Part shown: piece after piece, positions 1-8,517 of the stretch
Numbering within the stretch: the first letter of the stretch is position 1
Layout: every line of letters starts with the position of its first letter
DNA from: an uncultured Rickettsiales bacterium
Lineage (GTDB): Bacteria > Pseudomonadota > Alphaproteobacteria > Rickettsiales > JACKKO01
Assembly: GCA_964644885.1 (NCBI GenBank)
Contig: CAZXYG010000020.1
Location: forward strand, 1 to 33,447
DNA length: 33,447 nucleotides
Reading direction: 5' to 3'
Position numbers and translations under genes: made by a program
Notes under the pieces: generated by a model
Database searches by the model: none
Seen by the model: the letters and a program-made list of their open reading frames with translations, nothing else
What the model was told of the DNA's origin: nothing

Positions 1-2067
1 GATGTTGGCGCTCCTCGGCGTATGGACAAGAAAGCGATAGCGGTACTGGCCGCGCAGGCGGGAGAGCGGCGCCGGAGCGGGGCCAAGGATGCGGAAACGA
101 TCCCCGCGTGGCGCGGCGGCGGAAAGCGTTCGGCAGGCCTGCTGCACCGCATTTTCATGCTTTCCGGAAAGAATCAGCGCGGCAAGCTTGCCGAAAGGCG
201 GCATCCCGGCCTGCCGGCGCATCTCAACCTCCTGCTCAAGAAACGCTTCTTCTCTGCCTTCGGCGAGCGCCCGCAATACCGGATTATCGGGGTTATAGGT
301 CTGGATCAGCGCCTTGCCTTTGAGTTCCGCCCGCCCGGCACGCCCCGCCACTTGATGCAGGAGCTGCCAGGATTTCTCCATGGCCCTCAGATCGCCGCCC
401 TGTAATCCCGCATCGCCATCCACAATGCCCACCAGCGTGAGATGCGGGAAATGATGGCCCTTGGCCACCATCTGCGTGCCGATGACAAGATCAATTTCCC
501 GGCTGAGTATATCCTTGATCAAGGCTTCCGCCGTTTTTGCGCTGCCGATGCTGTCGCTGGTCATGGCGGCGATGCGCGCGGTGGGCAGGAAGCTGCGCGC
601 TTCTTCTTCCAGGCGCTCTACACCGGGACCAACCGGGACCAGGCTTTCCGGCTTGCCGCAAGCAGGGCATGCTTCCGGCGCGTGCCCGCAATAGCCGCAA
701 TGGTGGCATTGCAGCAACCCGCGCCGCTTATGCGCCACCAGCCAAGCCGAACAATGAGGACAGGCAAAACGATGGCCACAGGAACGGCAGAGCGTCAGCG
801 GCGCATAGCCGCGCCGGTTAAGATAGAGCAAGGCCTGTTCGCCTTTCTCCAGCGTTTCCGTAAGTGCCGCGCGCAGCGGCGGCGAGAGAAAAACACCCGC
901 CTTCATGGGCTGTCTGCGCACATCGACGATGTCAATCCTGGGTAAAGTGGCGCTGCCGTGGCGCTCGGGCAAATGCAGGAAGCCGTAGCGCCCCTGCCGC
1001 ACGTTCACCCGCGTTTCGAGCGAGGGCGTAGCGGAAACAAGCGCCACCGGGATTGCAGTAACGTAACCCCGCGCTACAGCCATGTCGCGGCCGTGATAAA
1101 TCACGCCATCTTCCTGCTTGTAAGCGGCTTCGTGCTCTTCATCCACAACGATCAGGCCGAGATCAGGATAAGGCAGAAACAGCGCCGAGCGAGCGCCCAC
1201 CACCAGCCTTGCCTCGCCTTGCGCGATGGCGCGCCAGTACTTGCGACGCTGCGCGGGTGTAAGCGTGGAATGCCAGGGCGTGGGCGTAAAACCGAAACGT
1301 TTTTCAAAACGCGCCATGAGCTGCGCGGTGAGCACGATTTCAGGCACCAGCACCAACGCTTGCTTGTGTTGCGCCAGCGCGGCATGAATCGCCGCGAAAT
1401 AGACTTCCGTCTTGCCTGAACCCGTAACACCTTCCAGCAGCGTGACGCTGTAAGCCCGGGTGATTTTTTCGCACAGCGCAGCGGCGGCTTCCGCTTGTGC
1501 GGGAGTAAGGGGTAAGGGATTAGGAATTAAGGATAAGGGAGCGTTGGTTGGGTTCGGCTGTTGCATTACTTCTTTTAACGCTCCGATCTTCACCAGCGTC
1601 CGTACCACGCCGGGCGTGACACCAGCCTGTCTCGTCAATTCGGCGAGGGTAAACGCCCGTTGTCCGGCTACATCCACTACGCGCTTCCGCACCGGGGTCA
1701 GTTTTAATTTCTTCCTATCGCCCAAAATATAAACGGAAATAAGCGTTTCCGGCTCCAACGCGGCAGGAACGGGGAGCGTCATCGCCAGCACGTTGCCGAG
1801 CGGCGCAAGAGTATAATGCGCCACCCATTCGAGAAACGCCATCAGTTCCGACGGAAGAGGCGGCACGCTGAGCTTTTCCTTAACGTATTTAAGCCTATCC
1901 GCTGCAATCCCTCCGCCGTCTTCGGCCCAGACCACGCCATGCGTCATTTTACGGCCGAACGGCACCCGGACAATGTCACCTTTCTGCACTATCAGACCAT
2001 CAGGAACCAGGTAATCAAACGGCTTTTCCACAGCGAGCGGAACAAGCACCTGTACACGGTTAACCAT
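1..2067 (-). CDS. priA: Primosomal protein N' (PriA replication-restart helicase); the C-terminal end runs off the left edge of the window
   Basis: Absent from the supplied ORF track because there is no stop inside the window. The minus strand is open for 689 codons from the ATG at 2067 down to position 1. My translation starts MVNRVQVLVPLAVEKPFDYLVPDG. It contains Walker A LLEGVTGSGKTEVY, the DExH box IVVDEEHE, and the PriA Cys cluster CRSCGHRFACPHCSAWLVAHKRRGLLQCHHCGY..CPACG. The plus-strand ORFs listed for 22..1732 are antisense shadows of this gene. Confidence 0.93.
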   Translation of the reverse strand, partial: MVNRVQVLVPLAVEKPFDYLVPDGLIVQKGDIVRVPFGRKMTHGVVWAEDGGGIAADRLKYVKEKLSVPPLPSELMAFLEWVAHYTLAPLGNVLAMTLPVPAALEPETLISVYILGDRKKLKLTPVRKRVVDVAGQRAFTLAELTRQAGVTPGVVRTLVKIGALKEVMQQPNPTNAPLSLIPNPLPLTPAQAEAAAALCEKITRAYSVTLLEGVTGSGKTEVYFAAIHAALAQHKQALVLVPEIVLTAQLMARFEKRFGFTPTPWHSTLTPAQRRKYWRAIAQGEARLVVGARSALFLPYPDLGLIVVDEEHEAAYKQEDGVIYHGRDMAVARGYVTAIPVALVSATPSLETRVNVRQGRYGFLHLPERHGSATLPRIDIVDVRRQPMKAGVFLSPPLRAALTETLEKGEQALLYLNRRGYAPLTLCRSCGHRFACPHCSAWLVAHKRRGLLQCHHCGYCGHAPEACPACGKPESLVPVGPGVERLEEEARSFLPTARIAAMTSDSIGSAKTAEALIKDILSREIDLVIGTQMVAKGHHFPHLTLVGIVDGDAGLQGGDLRAMEKSWQLLHQVAGRAGRAELKGKALIQTYNPDNPVLRALAEGREEAFLEQEVEMRRQAGMPPFGKLAALILSGKHENAVQQACRTLSAAAPRGDRFRILGPAPAPLSRLRGQYRYRFLVHTPRSANI
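1504..1538 (+). repeat. Degenerate heptanucleotide tandem repeat inside priA: agtaagg ggtaagg gattagg aattaag gataagg
   Basis: Direct reading shows five consecutive 7-nt units. They are translated on the minus strand as part of ..NAPLSLIPNPLPLTP.., a linker between the PriA N-terminal domain and the helicase core. The repeat begins with the same AGTAAGG as the pdhC element at 33022..33084. Confidence 0.5.
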
Positions 2068-2097
2068 GCGGCCTGTTGTAACGCTTCCAATTCCTTG

Positions 2098-2125
2098 TTG
2101 CAATCCCGGCAGCGGGTTTTAGTAT
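2098..2125 (+). promoter_or_regulatory. Candidate sigma70-type promoter for tal (TTGCAA-N16-TAGTAT)
   Basis: TTGCAA lies at 2098..2103 and TAGTAT at 2120..2125, in the priA/tal divergent intergenic region, about 29 nt upstream of the tal ATG. This is a motif match only. Confidence 0.3.
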
Positions 2126-2153
2126 GCGCCGAGAGAACGTTGGGGGAGTGCTC

Positions 2154-2810
2154 ATGAAATTTTTTGTTGATACGGCGGATACAAAGGAAATAAAGGAACT
2201 AGCGGCATTGGGGTTGCTTGATGGCGTGACGACCAATCCTTCGCTGATTATGCAATCCGGCCGCAATTTTACCGAAGTGGCAAAGGAAATCTGCGCTATC
2301 GTGCCGGGGCCGGTAAGCGCCGAGGTCACGGCTATTGACGCTGATACAATGATTAAGGAAGGTAAAAAACTGGCGAAAATCGCCAAGAACATAGTGGTGA
2401 AGCTGCCGCTTACCTGGGATGGGCTGAAAGCCTGCAAATCCCTTTCTTCCGAGAGGATAAAAACCAATGTGACGCTGTGTTTTTCGGCGCCGCAAGCATT
2501 GCTTGCCGCCAAATCCGGCGCAACCTATGTCTCGCCCTTTGTAGGCCGCCTCGACGATATCGGTCAGGACGGAATGGGATTGATCAAGGAAATCGTGACT
2601 ATTTTCAATCATTACGAAGAACTGCAAACGCAGGTATTGGTGGCCAGCATCCGCCACCCCATCCATGTAGCGCAAGCGGCGATGATAGGCGCGCACGTGG
2701 CCACTATTCCACCCAAGGTGATGCGTCAGCTTGCGCAGCATCCGCTTACCGATAAAGGGCTTGCCGCCTTTCTGGCGGATTGGAAGAAAACCGGCCAGAC
2801 CATATTGTAG
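2154..2810 (+). CDS. tal: Transaldolase, short type 3B (fructose-6-phosphate aldolase family)
   Basis: The N-terminus [32 protein letters not shown] is the classic start of ~217-aa transaldolases. A Schiff-base lysine context, IVVKLPLT, is present. The SD GGGGGAG lies 5 nt before the ATG at 2154. The track start at 2124 adds 10 non-conserved residues. Confidence 0.9.
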   Translation: MKFFVDTADTKEIKELAALGLLDGVTTNPSLIMQSGRNFTEVAKEICAIVPGPVSAEVTAIDADTMIKEGKKLAKIAKNIVVKLPLTWDGLKACKSLSSERIKTNVTLCFSAPQALLAAKSGATYVSPFVGRLDDIGQDGMGLIKEIVTIFNHYEELQTQVLVASIRHPIHVAQAAMIGAHVATIPPKVMRQLAQHPLTDKGLAAFLADWKKTGQTIL

Positions 2811-2821
2811 CTAAGGAAGGC

Positions 2822-3538
2822 ATGGCAGTCCCCAGTTCTCAGTCGCTCATCCCTGCCTATTCTATCCGCGTAAGCCGGCGTGCGCGCCGCGTGCGGCTGA
2901 CATACTCCGCCCGCGAGGGATTGGTCGTCGTAGTGCCAAGGCGGTTCAGTCAGAAACACGTCCCCCGTATTGTACAAGACAAGGCGGAGTGGATAAAAAA
3001 CATTCAACGAAAACTCGAAAAGGAACAAGAATCCCGCGATCCTTCGCTTTCCGAACATCTTCCCGCTTGCATAAGATTGCCCGCTATCGGCGTTAGCTGG
3101 GAGGTCGCCTATACGCCTGCATCCAGACGGACCGTTTTTGAACAGGAGAATAATCTGACGGTAACGGCTGGAGAGGATGCGCCCGTCTTGCTGCGACGGT
3201 GGCTGCATCGGAAAGCGCGGGAGTATCTCATACCATGGCTGGAACGTGTGTCGCGGGAAACGGGGCTGGGTTTTTCGGCCATCACAATCCGCAACCAGAA
3301 AAGCCGCTGGGGCAGTTGCTCGCGCCATAAACGCATCAGCCTGAACCAGAAACTGTTATTCCTGCCGCCGCATCTGGTAGAGTACCTGCTGGTGCATGAA
3401 CTCTGCCATATTAGGCAATTGAACCATTCGGTTACATATTGGAAACTCGTCAGCTCTTTCTTACCTAAATATCGTGGGCTGGATCGTGAACTTCGTCGGG
3501 CTTGGCAGCGTTACGTGCCGGCCTGGGCGGAAAATTGA
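2822..3538 (+). CDS. YgjP-like / DUF45 (M48-related, SprT-like) zinc metallohydrolase
   Basis: An HExxH motif occurs in LLVHELCHIRQLNHS near the C-terminus, with the typical RWGSCS...ISLN segment upstream (KSRWGSCSRHKRISLNQKLL). The first ATG is at 2822 and is preceded by AAGGAAGG. The track start at 2780 is a TTG inside tal. Confidence 0.75.
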   Translation: MAVPSSQSLIPAYSIRVSRRARRVRLTYSAREGLVVVVPRRFSQKHVPRIVQDKAEWIKNIQRKLEKEQESRDPSLSEHLPACIRLPAIGVSWEVAYTPASRRTVFEQENNLTVTAGEDAPVLLRRWLHRKAREYLIPWLERVSRETGLGFSAITIRNQKSRWGSCSRHKRISLNQKLLFLPPHLVEYLLVHELCHIRQLNHSVTYWKLVSSFLPKYRGLDRELRRAWQRYVPAWAEN

Positions 3539-3561
3539 CGCGCTGGAATAGCTCCATAATC

Positions 3562-4392
3562 ATGGCCGACACGCGAATAACAACTGCCGATTCCGTTGAA
3601 ATCGCAAAATTCTCAGCAATGGCGGAAGAGTGGTGGGACGAGGAAGGCACATTCGCGCCGCTTCATAAACTCAACCCGGCACGCATTGCCTATATACGAG
3701 ATCAGGCGCGAGCGCATTTCAGAGATCGGGAAGCCGTACAGGATTCCCCCTATCTTAAACCCTTAGTTTCCCTCAAGGGACTTAGCTTGCTCGATATCGG
3801 CTGCGGCGGCGGCCTGCTCGCCGAGCCTTTGGCCAGGCTCGGCGCTAAAATCACAGCCATCGATGCCAGCGAAAGAAATATTGCGATGGCGAAGCAACAT
3901 GCAAAGGCAGAAGGTCTGATTATTGATTATCGCTGTTGCACGGTGGAAATGCTACTAGAGTCAAGAATCGAGAACCAAGAATCCAAAAATAAAAAAATCA
4001 TTACATTCTCTCCCCTTGACTCCCCCCTCTTCGACATCGTCCTAGCCATGGAAATTATCGAGCATGTTGCAGATGCTGAACGATTCCTTGCCGCCTGCGC
4101 GCAATGCGTCAAGCCGGGCGGATTGGTGTTCATAGCAACGCTAAACCGAACGGTTAAGTCGCTTGCCTTTGGTGTATTTCTTGCGGAATATGTGCTGCGC
4201 TTGCTGCCGCGTGGCACGCACGATTGGAAGCGTTTCTTAAAACCTTCCGAGATCGCAAAGCATCTGCGCGCGCATGGAATGATACTCAAAGACCTGACCG
4301 GCGTTGCTTATAACCCTATTGAAGGAAAATTCGCCTTAGGCGGCGATATCGGCATCAATTACATACTGCTGGCGGAGAAAAAATCAGCATGA
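3562..4392 (+). CDS. ubiG: Ubiquinone biosynthesis O-methyltransferase (UbiG-type class I SAM methyltransferase)
   Basis: The N-terminus has the UbiG-like pattern EIAKFSAMAEEWWDEEGTFAPLHKLNPARIAYIRD. The SAM motif I is LLDIGCGGGLLAEPLARLGAKITAIDAS, followed by MEIIEHV. I chose the start at ATG 3562 (MADTR..). The track start at 3502 overlaps the previous gene. Confidence 0.85.
   Translation: MADTRITTADSVEIAKFSAMAEEWWDEEGTFAPLHKLNPARIAYIRDQARAHFRDREAVQDSPYLKPLVSLKGLSLLDIGCGGGLLAEPLARLGAKITAIDASERNIAMAKQHAKAEGLIIDYRCCTVEMLLESRIENQESKNKKIITFSPLDSPLFDIVLAMEIIEHVADAERFLAACAQCVKPGGLVFIATLNRTVKSLAFGVFLAEYVLRLLPRGTHDWKRFLKPSEIAKHLRAHGMILKDLTGVAYNPIEGKFALGGDIGINYILLAEKKSA
3958..4022 (+). repeat. Imperfect palindromic / heptamer-repeat element inserted in frame in ubiG
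   Basis: GAGTCAAG (3958..3965) and CTTGACTC (4015..4022) are perfect 8-bp inverted repeats. Between them lie heptamers aagaatc gagaacc aagaatc (3963..3983), an A-rich centre, and ..ccccttgactcccc. The segment is locally AT-rich and encodes an extra segment (within ESRIENQESKNKKIITFSPLDSPL) before the FDIV..MEIIEHV motif. As I recall it, this interval is much shorter in E. coli UbiG. Confidence 0.55.
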
Positions 4393-4415
4393 CGCCGCCA
4401 CGTAACGTAGCGCTC

Positions 4416-4814
4416 TTAGGATAAGGCCGAAAGCAGGCTTTGCGAGACTTCGACTTCTCTTGCCGCTTTTTTCATGGAGACATCATCACGCGCACGCTGG
4501 AGCGCCGCTTCCGCTTTCTCAAGACGCTCCTTCGCCTGCGGTTGCGTCACAGCCTTAAGATTGACGGCCTCAGTCGCGAGCACCGTGCAGCGTTCAGGCG
4601 TCACCTCAACGAATCCCCCTGCGGTAAAGATGCGCTCCGTCACTTTATCTCCCTCATATAGAGTAATTACGCCGGGCCTGAGTGAAGCAATCAGAGGCGC
4701 ATGCCGCGCAAGCACGCCGAATTCGCCCTCCGCCCCAGGAACAACGGCCATTGCAACGTGCTTAGAGGCAAGCACCGCTACGGGAGTCACGATATCAAAA
4801 GCAAAAGTATCCAT
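4416..4814 (-). CDS. atpC: F0F1 ATP synthase epsilon subunit
   Basis: MDTFAFDIVTPVAVLASKHVAMAVVPGAEGEFGVLARHAPLIASLRPGVITLY...FTAGGFVEVTPERCTVLATEA matches the epsilon beta-sandwich signature, followed by a helical tail. The start is uncertain: ATG 4814, or 4826/4829 (MMAANMDTF). The 181-aa track ORF extends into the promoter region. Confidence 0.85.
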   Translation of the reverse strand: MDTFAFDIVTPVAVLASKHVAMAVVPGAEGEFGVLARHAPLIASLRPGVITLYEGDKVTERIFTAGGFVEVTPERCTVLATEAVNLKAVTQPQAKERLEKAEAALQRARDDVSMKKAAREVEVSQSLLSALS

Positions 4815-4947
4815 ATTAGCCGCCATCATATAGCGCAATAGCATAAAAAGGCAATTCTCTTCGTGAGCTGGAAATAATAAGGAGAAACGCAGCAAAAAAT
4901 AGCAGGCGCATACAGCAAAACTCAAGTATTTCAGGCTATTTTTACTT

Positions 4948-4976
4948 TTGACGCTCGCCATTCAAAGCGGTACAAT
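4948..4976 (+). promoter_or_regulatory. Near-consensus sigma70 promoter (TTGACG-N17-TACAAT) for the TPR gene
   Basis: TTGACG lies at 4948..4953 and TACAAT at 4971..4976, with a 17-nt spacer. The track ORF start (TTG 4948) coincides with the -35 box, and ATG 4975 lies inside the -10 box. Confidence 0.45.
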
Positions 4977-4983
4977 GGCAAAT

Positions 4984-6780
4984 ATGCCCCGAAAAAAGAA
5001 AGGCGTATGGCTGTTCCTGTCCGTTTTGGGACTGGGATTTGCTTTCCGCTCCATTATAAACGCCGTAACATTGCTCGCGTTGTTCAGTTTGGGTGGTTCG
5101 CATGACTTGTTCGCCGCGCATGAGCCACCCGTGCTTACAACGCATGACTCGCTTGCCGGACATTATCTTTCCGCCCGCTTCGCCCAGCGGCAACATGATA
5201 CGCAAATAGCGGCGAACTTATTCGCTACAGTGGTGGCCGGCAGTCCGGACAATCTCGCCATCATGGAGGAGGGCTATAAACTGATGCTGCTTTCCGGCAA
5301 CTTGGATAAGGCATTGAACCTCGCCAGACAAAATGCTCCGAAACACGAACACGCAACGCTCGCGCATGTCCTGCTTGCGCTGGAGCATGTGCATCGGCGA
5401 AACTTCAGCGATGCGGAGGATATCCTTTTTCCACTCTACAATAAAAAAGGCAACCCAACGGACGATATAAGTTTGGTGGCGGTTCCTTTGCTGCTTGCGT
5501 GGTCGGAAGCCGCGCAAGGTGATTTTGAGAACGCCACCCGCATCCTGGCTGAAATCGACGATCATAAAATGACGCCGTTTTTGCTTTACCAGGCCGCGGT
5601 CATGCATGATATCGCCGGCAACACCAACGCCGCTAAAAAAGAATATGACAGCGTTCTCGCCGAGGGATCGCAGCCATTGCGGGTCATCATCGCCGCCGCG
5701 CGGTTCCATCAGCGTGTCGGAGAAACAGAGAAAGCCACAGCTTTGCTCGACGCCTTCACCAAGGAGCATCCATCCTACACTCTCAATGCAACACGCATCC
5801 TCGCAGAAAACCCTCTTTCGCGTGAAGAGCGCAGCGTCCTGGCCATGGCGGAAGTGCTGCTCGAGCTTGGGGGCTTTCTTTATTCGAACGGCTTGACAGA
5901 CGCGCCGATCCGTTATTTCCGCCTAGCACTCCATCTTGATCCCACTCTTGATTACGCCAGGATGCTTCTTGCCTCTGCCCTGGAACAAAAGAATCGCTAC
6001 CTGGAAGCAAACAGCGTTTATGCGGGCATTCTCAAGGAATCGCCCTTTTATATAAAGGCGCAAATCAGCCGCGCCATAAACCTGAACCAGTTGAAAGATG
6101 CCAACGGCGCGCGGGTGTTATTGCTTGCGCTCAGCGCACTTAACGCCAGCGATTATGAAACGCTATTGCATCTGGGCGATATCATGCTTGAAAGCAAGCA
6201 ATATAGGGATGCCATAGATGCCTACAACAAAGCGCTGGCGCGCATACAGACGCCAAACAAGCAGCATTGGGCGGCGTTCTACGCTCGTGGCATCGCCTTT
6301 GAACGCAGCCGCCAGTGGCCTTCCGCCGAAGCCGATTTCAAACAGGCGCTGGCGCTCAATCCCGATCAGCCTGACGTGCTTAATTACCTCGCTTATAGCT
6401 GGCTGCTGATGGATAGCTATATTTCCGAGGCGGCAAAAATGCTTGAAGCTGCTTTGGAAGCCAGGCCGGACGACGCTCACATCATCGATAGTTACGGCTG
6501 GGCGCTATTCAAGATGGGCCATTATGAAAAAGCGCAACGCTACTTGGAGGATGCCACGCTCAAAATTCCCTACGACTCCACCACCAATGACCATCTTGGA
6601 GACGTATATTGGAAAACCGGCCGCAAACTGGAAGCGCGCTATCAATGGGAACGAGCGCTTATTTTGGATCCCGATCCGGAAGACCGCAGTAAAATTGAAG
6701 TCAAACTATCGCATGGATTGCCTGAGAACGCGCCGCCGGTTGCATTGAACAGTCTTCAGGCGCCCAAGGCTAATAACTAG
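4984..6780 (+). CDS. Membrane-anchored or secreted tetratricopeptide-repeat (TPR) protein
   Basis: The ORF is long and clean. It has a basic N-terminus plus a hydrophobic segment, MPRKKKGVWLFLSVLGLGFAF. Multiple TPR-like A/Y/L helical pairs are visible, for example AIDAYNKALARIQ, AEADFKQALALNPDQPDVLNYLAYS, YEKAQRYLEDA and ARYQWERALILDP. It lies directly upstream of ispE, an arrangement common in alphaproteobacteria. The start is 4984, or 4975. Confidence 0.75.
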   Translation: MPRKKKGVWLFLSVLGLGFAFRSIINAVTLLALFSLGGSHDLFAAHEPPVLTTHDSLAGHYLSARFAQRQHDTQIAANLFATVVAGSPDNLAIMEEGYKLMLLSGNLDKALNLARQNAPKHEHATLAHVLLALEHVHRRNFSDAEDILFPLYNKKGNPTDDISLVAVPLLLAWSEAAQGDFENATRILAEIDDHKMTPFLLYQAAVMHDIAGNTNAAKKEYDSVLAEGSQPLRVIIAAARFHQRVGETEKATALLDAFTKEHPSYTLNATRILAENPLSREERSVLAMAEVLLELGGFLYSNGLTDAPIRYFRLALHLDPTLDYARMLLASALEQKNRYLEANSVYAGILKESPFYIKAQISRAINLNQLKDANGARVLLLALSALNASDYETLLHLGDIMLESKQYRDAIDAYNKALARIQTPNKQHWAAFYARGIAFERSRQWPSAEADFKQALALNPDQPDVLNYLAYSWLLMDSYISEAAKMLEAALEARPDDAHIIDSYGWALFKMGHYEKAQRYLEDATLKIPYDSTTNDHLGDVYWKTGRKLEARYQWERALILDPDPEDRSKIEVKLSHGLPENAPPVALNSLQAPKANN

Positions 6781-7649
6781 TGTTGGCCTTTCACGCGCCG
6801 GCTAAGCTTAATCTGTTTCTACATGTCACAGGCAAGCGCTCGGACGGCTATCATACCTTGGAAAGCCTTATTGCTTTTACGCCCCATCTGAGCGATCAGC
6901 TTACTTTCCATCTCGCGCCTACTCTTTCATTAGTCATTACCGGTCCTTGCGCGGGGAATGTTTCAGCGGATAGCAAGAATCTCGTGCTGCGCGCAGCGGA
7001 AGCGCTTCTCAAAAAATCAGGGCTCAAAAAAGGCGCATCCATTACGCTGGAAAAACATATCCCCGTTGGCGCTGGATTGGGCGGAGGATCGGCTGACGCC
7101 GCCACCACACTACATGCGCTGAACCGGCTGTGGGAGATGAACTTCACCATGGAAACATTGATGAAGCTCGCCCTTGAGCTTGGCGCCGATGTGCCAGCAT
7201 GCCTTATGGGAAAACCCGCCTGGATACGCGGCATCGGCGAAAAAATCACCCCATGCCGCCAGTTTCCCGCGTTGCATGCGCTCCTTGTCAATCCTTGCAT
7301 TCCTTTGGCAACGTCCGCGGTATTCGGACAAGGTTTCTCGCTATTCTCCGAGTCAATCAAAGCGCCGGATAATGCCTTTCCGGACGTAGACTCGCTCTAC
7401 CATTTTCTTACCGGCACGCATAACGACCTGGCAGGCACCGCGCTTCGCCTTATGCCGGCAATAACGCACGCATTAACCGCGCTTGAAACACTGGATGATT
7501 GCCGCCTCGCGCGCATGAGCGGCAGCGGCGCAACGTGTTTCGGCTTGTTCGACGATGCCGCGACGCTCACACGCGCCGCCGATACCCTACGCGAAATGCT
7601 TCCGGAATGGTGGATCGCTCCGACAGCAGTATCGGCAACCGGACGCTGA
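6780..7649 (+). CDS. ispE: 4-diphosphocytidyl-2-C-methyl-D-erythritol kinase
   Basis: The N-terminus contains APAKLNLFLHVTGKRSDGYHTLESL. The GHMP-kinase motif PVGAGLGGGSADAA is present. The GTG start overlaps the TAG of the TPR gene by 1 nt (taGTG). Confidence 0.92.
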   Translation: MLAFHAPAKLNLFLHVTGKRSDGYHTLESLIAFTPHLSDQLTFHLAPTLSLVITGPCAGNVSADSKNLVLRAAEALLKKSGLKKGASITLEKHIPVGAGLGGGSADAATTLHALNRLWEMNFTMETLMKLALELGADVPACLMGKPAWIRGIGEKITPCRQFPALHALLVNPCIPLATSAVFGQGFSLFSESIKAPDNAFPDVDSLYHFLTGTHNDLAGTALRLMPAITHALTALETLDDCRLARMSGSGATCFGLFDDAATLTRAADTLREMLPEWWIAPTAVSATGR

Positions 7650-7651
7650 GA

Positions 7652-8425
7652 CTACTGATTGCCACCCTTTGCTCGCGCAGCTTTGATCTTCTCCCGAAAT
7701 GCGTCGATCTCCATCGCGCCGGGGCTGAATTCGCCATTGATCAAGAAAGCCGGCGTCCCGCGGATACCGACAGACGCACCGAATTCACGGTCTTTGTCAA
7801 CATATTGCTGATATTCAGGTTTCTCGATTTCTGCCAATACTTTTTCAGCGTCCATCCCCAAACCCGTAAGAATCTGCGAAAGCTGCGCATCGGTATCCGG
7901 TCCCTTTTTCAGCACATCGAGATGAAAATCAAAAAACTTATCGGGGTAAAGCGCGTGGACAGCCATCGAGGCTTTACCAAGCCGCACTGAAACATCGCTG
8001 AGAATCGGGAAATCCTTCAATACAATTCGCAGATTCTTATCCTCTTCGAGCAGGGTCTGGATAACCGGCGCGACGCGGCGGCAATAGCCGCATTTATAAT
8101 CGAAAAACTCGACGATGGTAACATCGCCCTTGGGATTTCCCACTACCGGCGCGCGCGCATCGTTCTCGATCTGGCTGCGCATTTCCCCTATCTTCTTGCC
8201 TTGCTCCTGCTGCTGCTGTTCCATCAACTTGCGTTGCCCTTCGCTGAGCGCCGCCAACACCGCTTCCGGCTCACTGCGAATCGTTTCAAGCAGCGCCTCA
8301 CGCAATGCCTTATCGCCCATCGCACCACCCCCGCCCCCCGCTTCACCGGACTGTACAACGCTGCGCGTAAGCAACGCGGTACACGCGATGGCTAATAAAA
8401 GAATGACAACAAACATCAGGCGCAT
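7652..8425 (-). CDS. DsbA-family periplasmic thiol:disulfide oxidoreductase
   Basis: The thioredoxin-fold active site is FFDYKCGYCRR (CxxC). The signal/anchor is MRLMFVVILLLAIACTALL. The first ATG is at 8425, with AAGGAA upstream. The track start at 8443 is a GTG. Confidence 0.85.
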   Translation of the reverse strand: MRLMFVVILLLAIACTALLTRSVVQSGEAGGGGGAMGDKALREALLETIRSEPEAVLAALSEGQRKLMEQQQQEQGKKIGEMRSQIENDARAPVVGNPKGDVTIVEFFDYKCGYCRRVAPVIQTLLEEDKNLRIVLKDFPILSDVSVRLGKASMAVHALYPDKFFDFHLDVLKKGPDTDAQLSQILTGLGMDAEKVLAEIEKPEYQQYVDKDREFGASVGIRGTPAFLINGEFSPGAMEIDAFREKIKAARAKGGNQ

Positions 8426-8517
8426 ATTGGTTCCTTGATCCACGAAATTACCCCCATGAGGTTATAAAGACACCGTAGCATATCTACCGTGTACCATGCC
8501 AAAAAGCAAGCAGCGAC

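Noticed and set aside
22-1732. Multiple plus-strand ORFs (127, 167, 153 and 90 aa, among others) listed at the left end of the window.
   Set aside because: They are Arg/Ala/Gly-rich antisense shadows of the minus-strand priA frame. That frame is open through the whole region and carries unmistakable helicase and Cys-cluster motifs.
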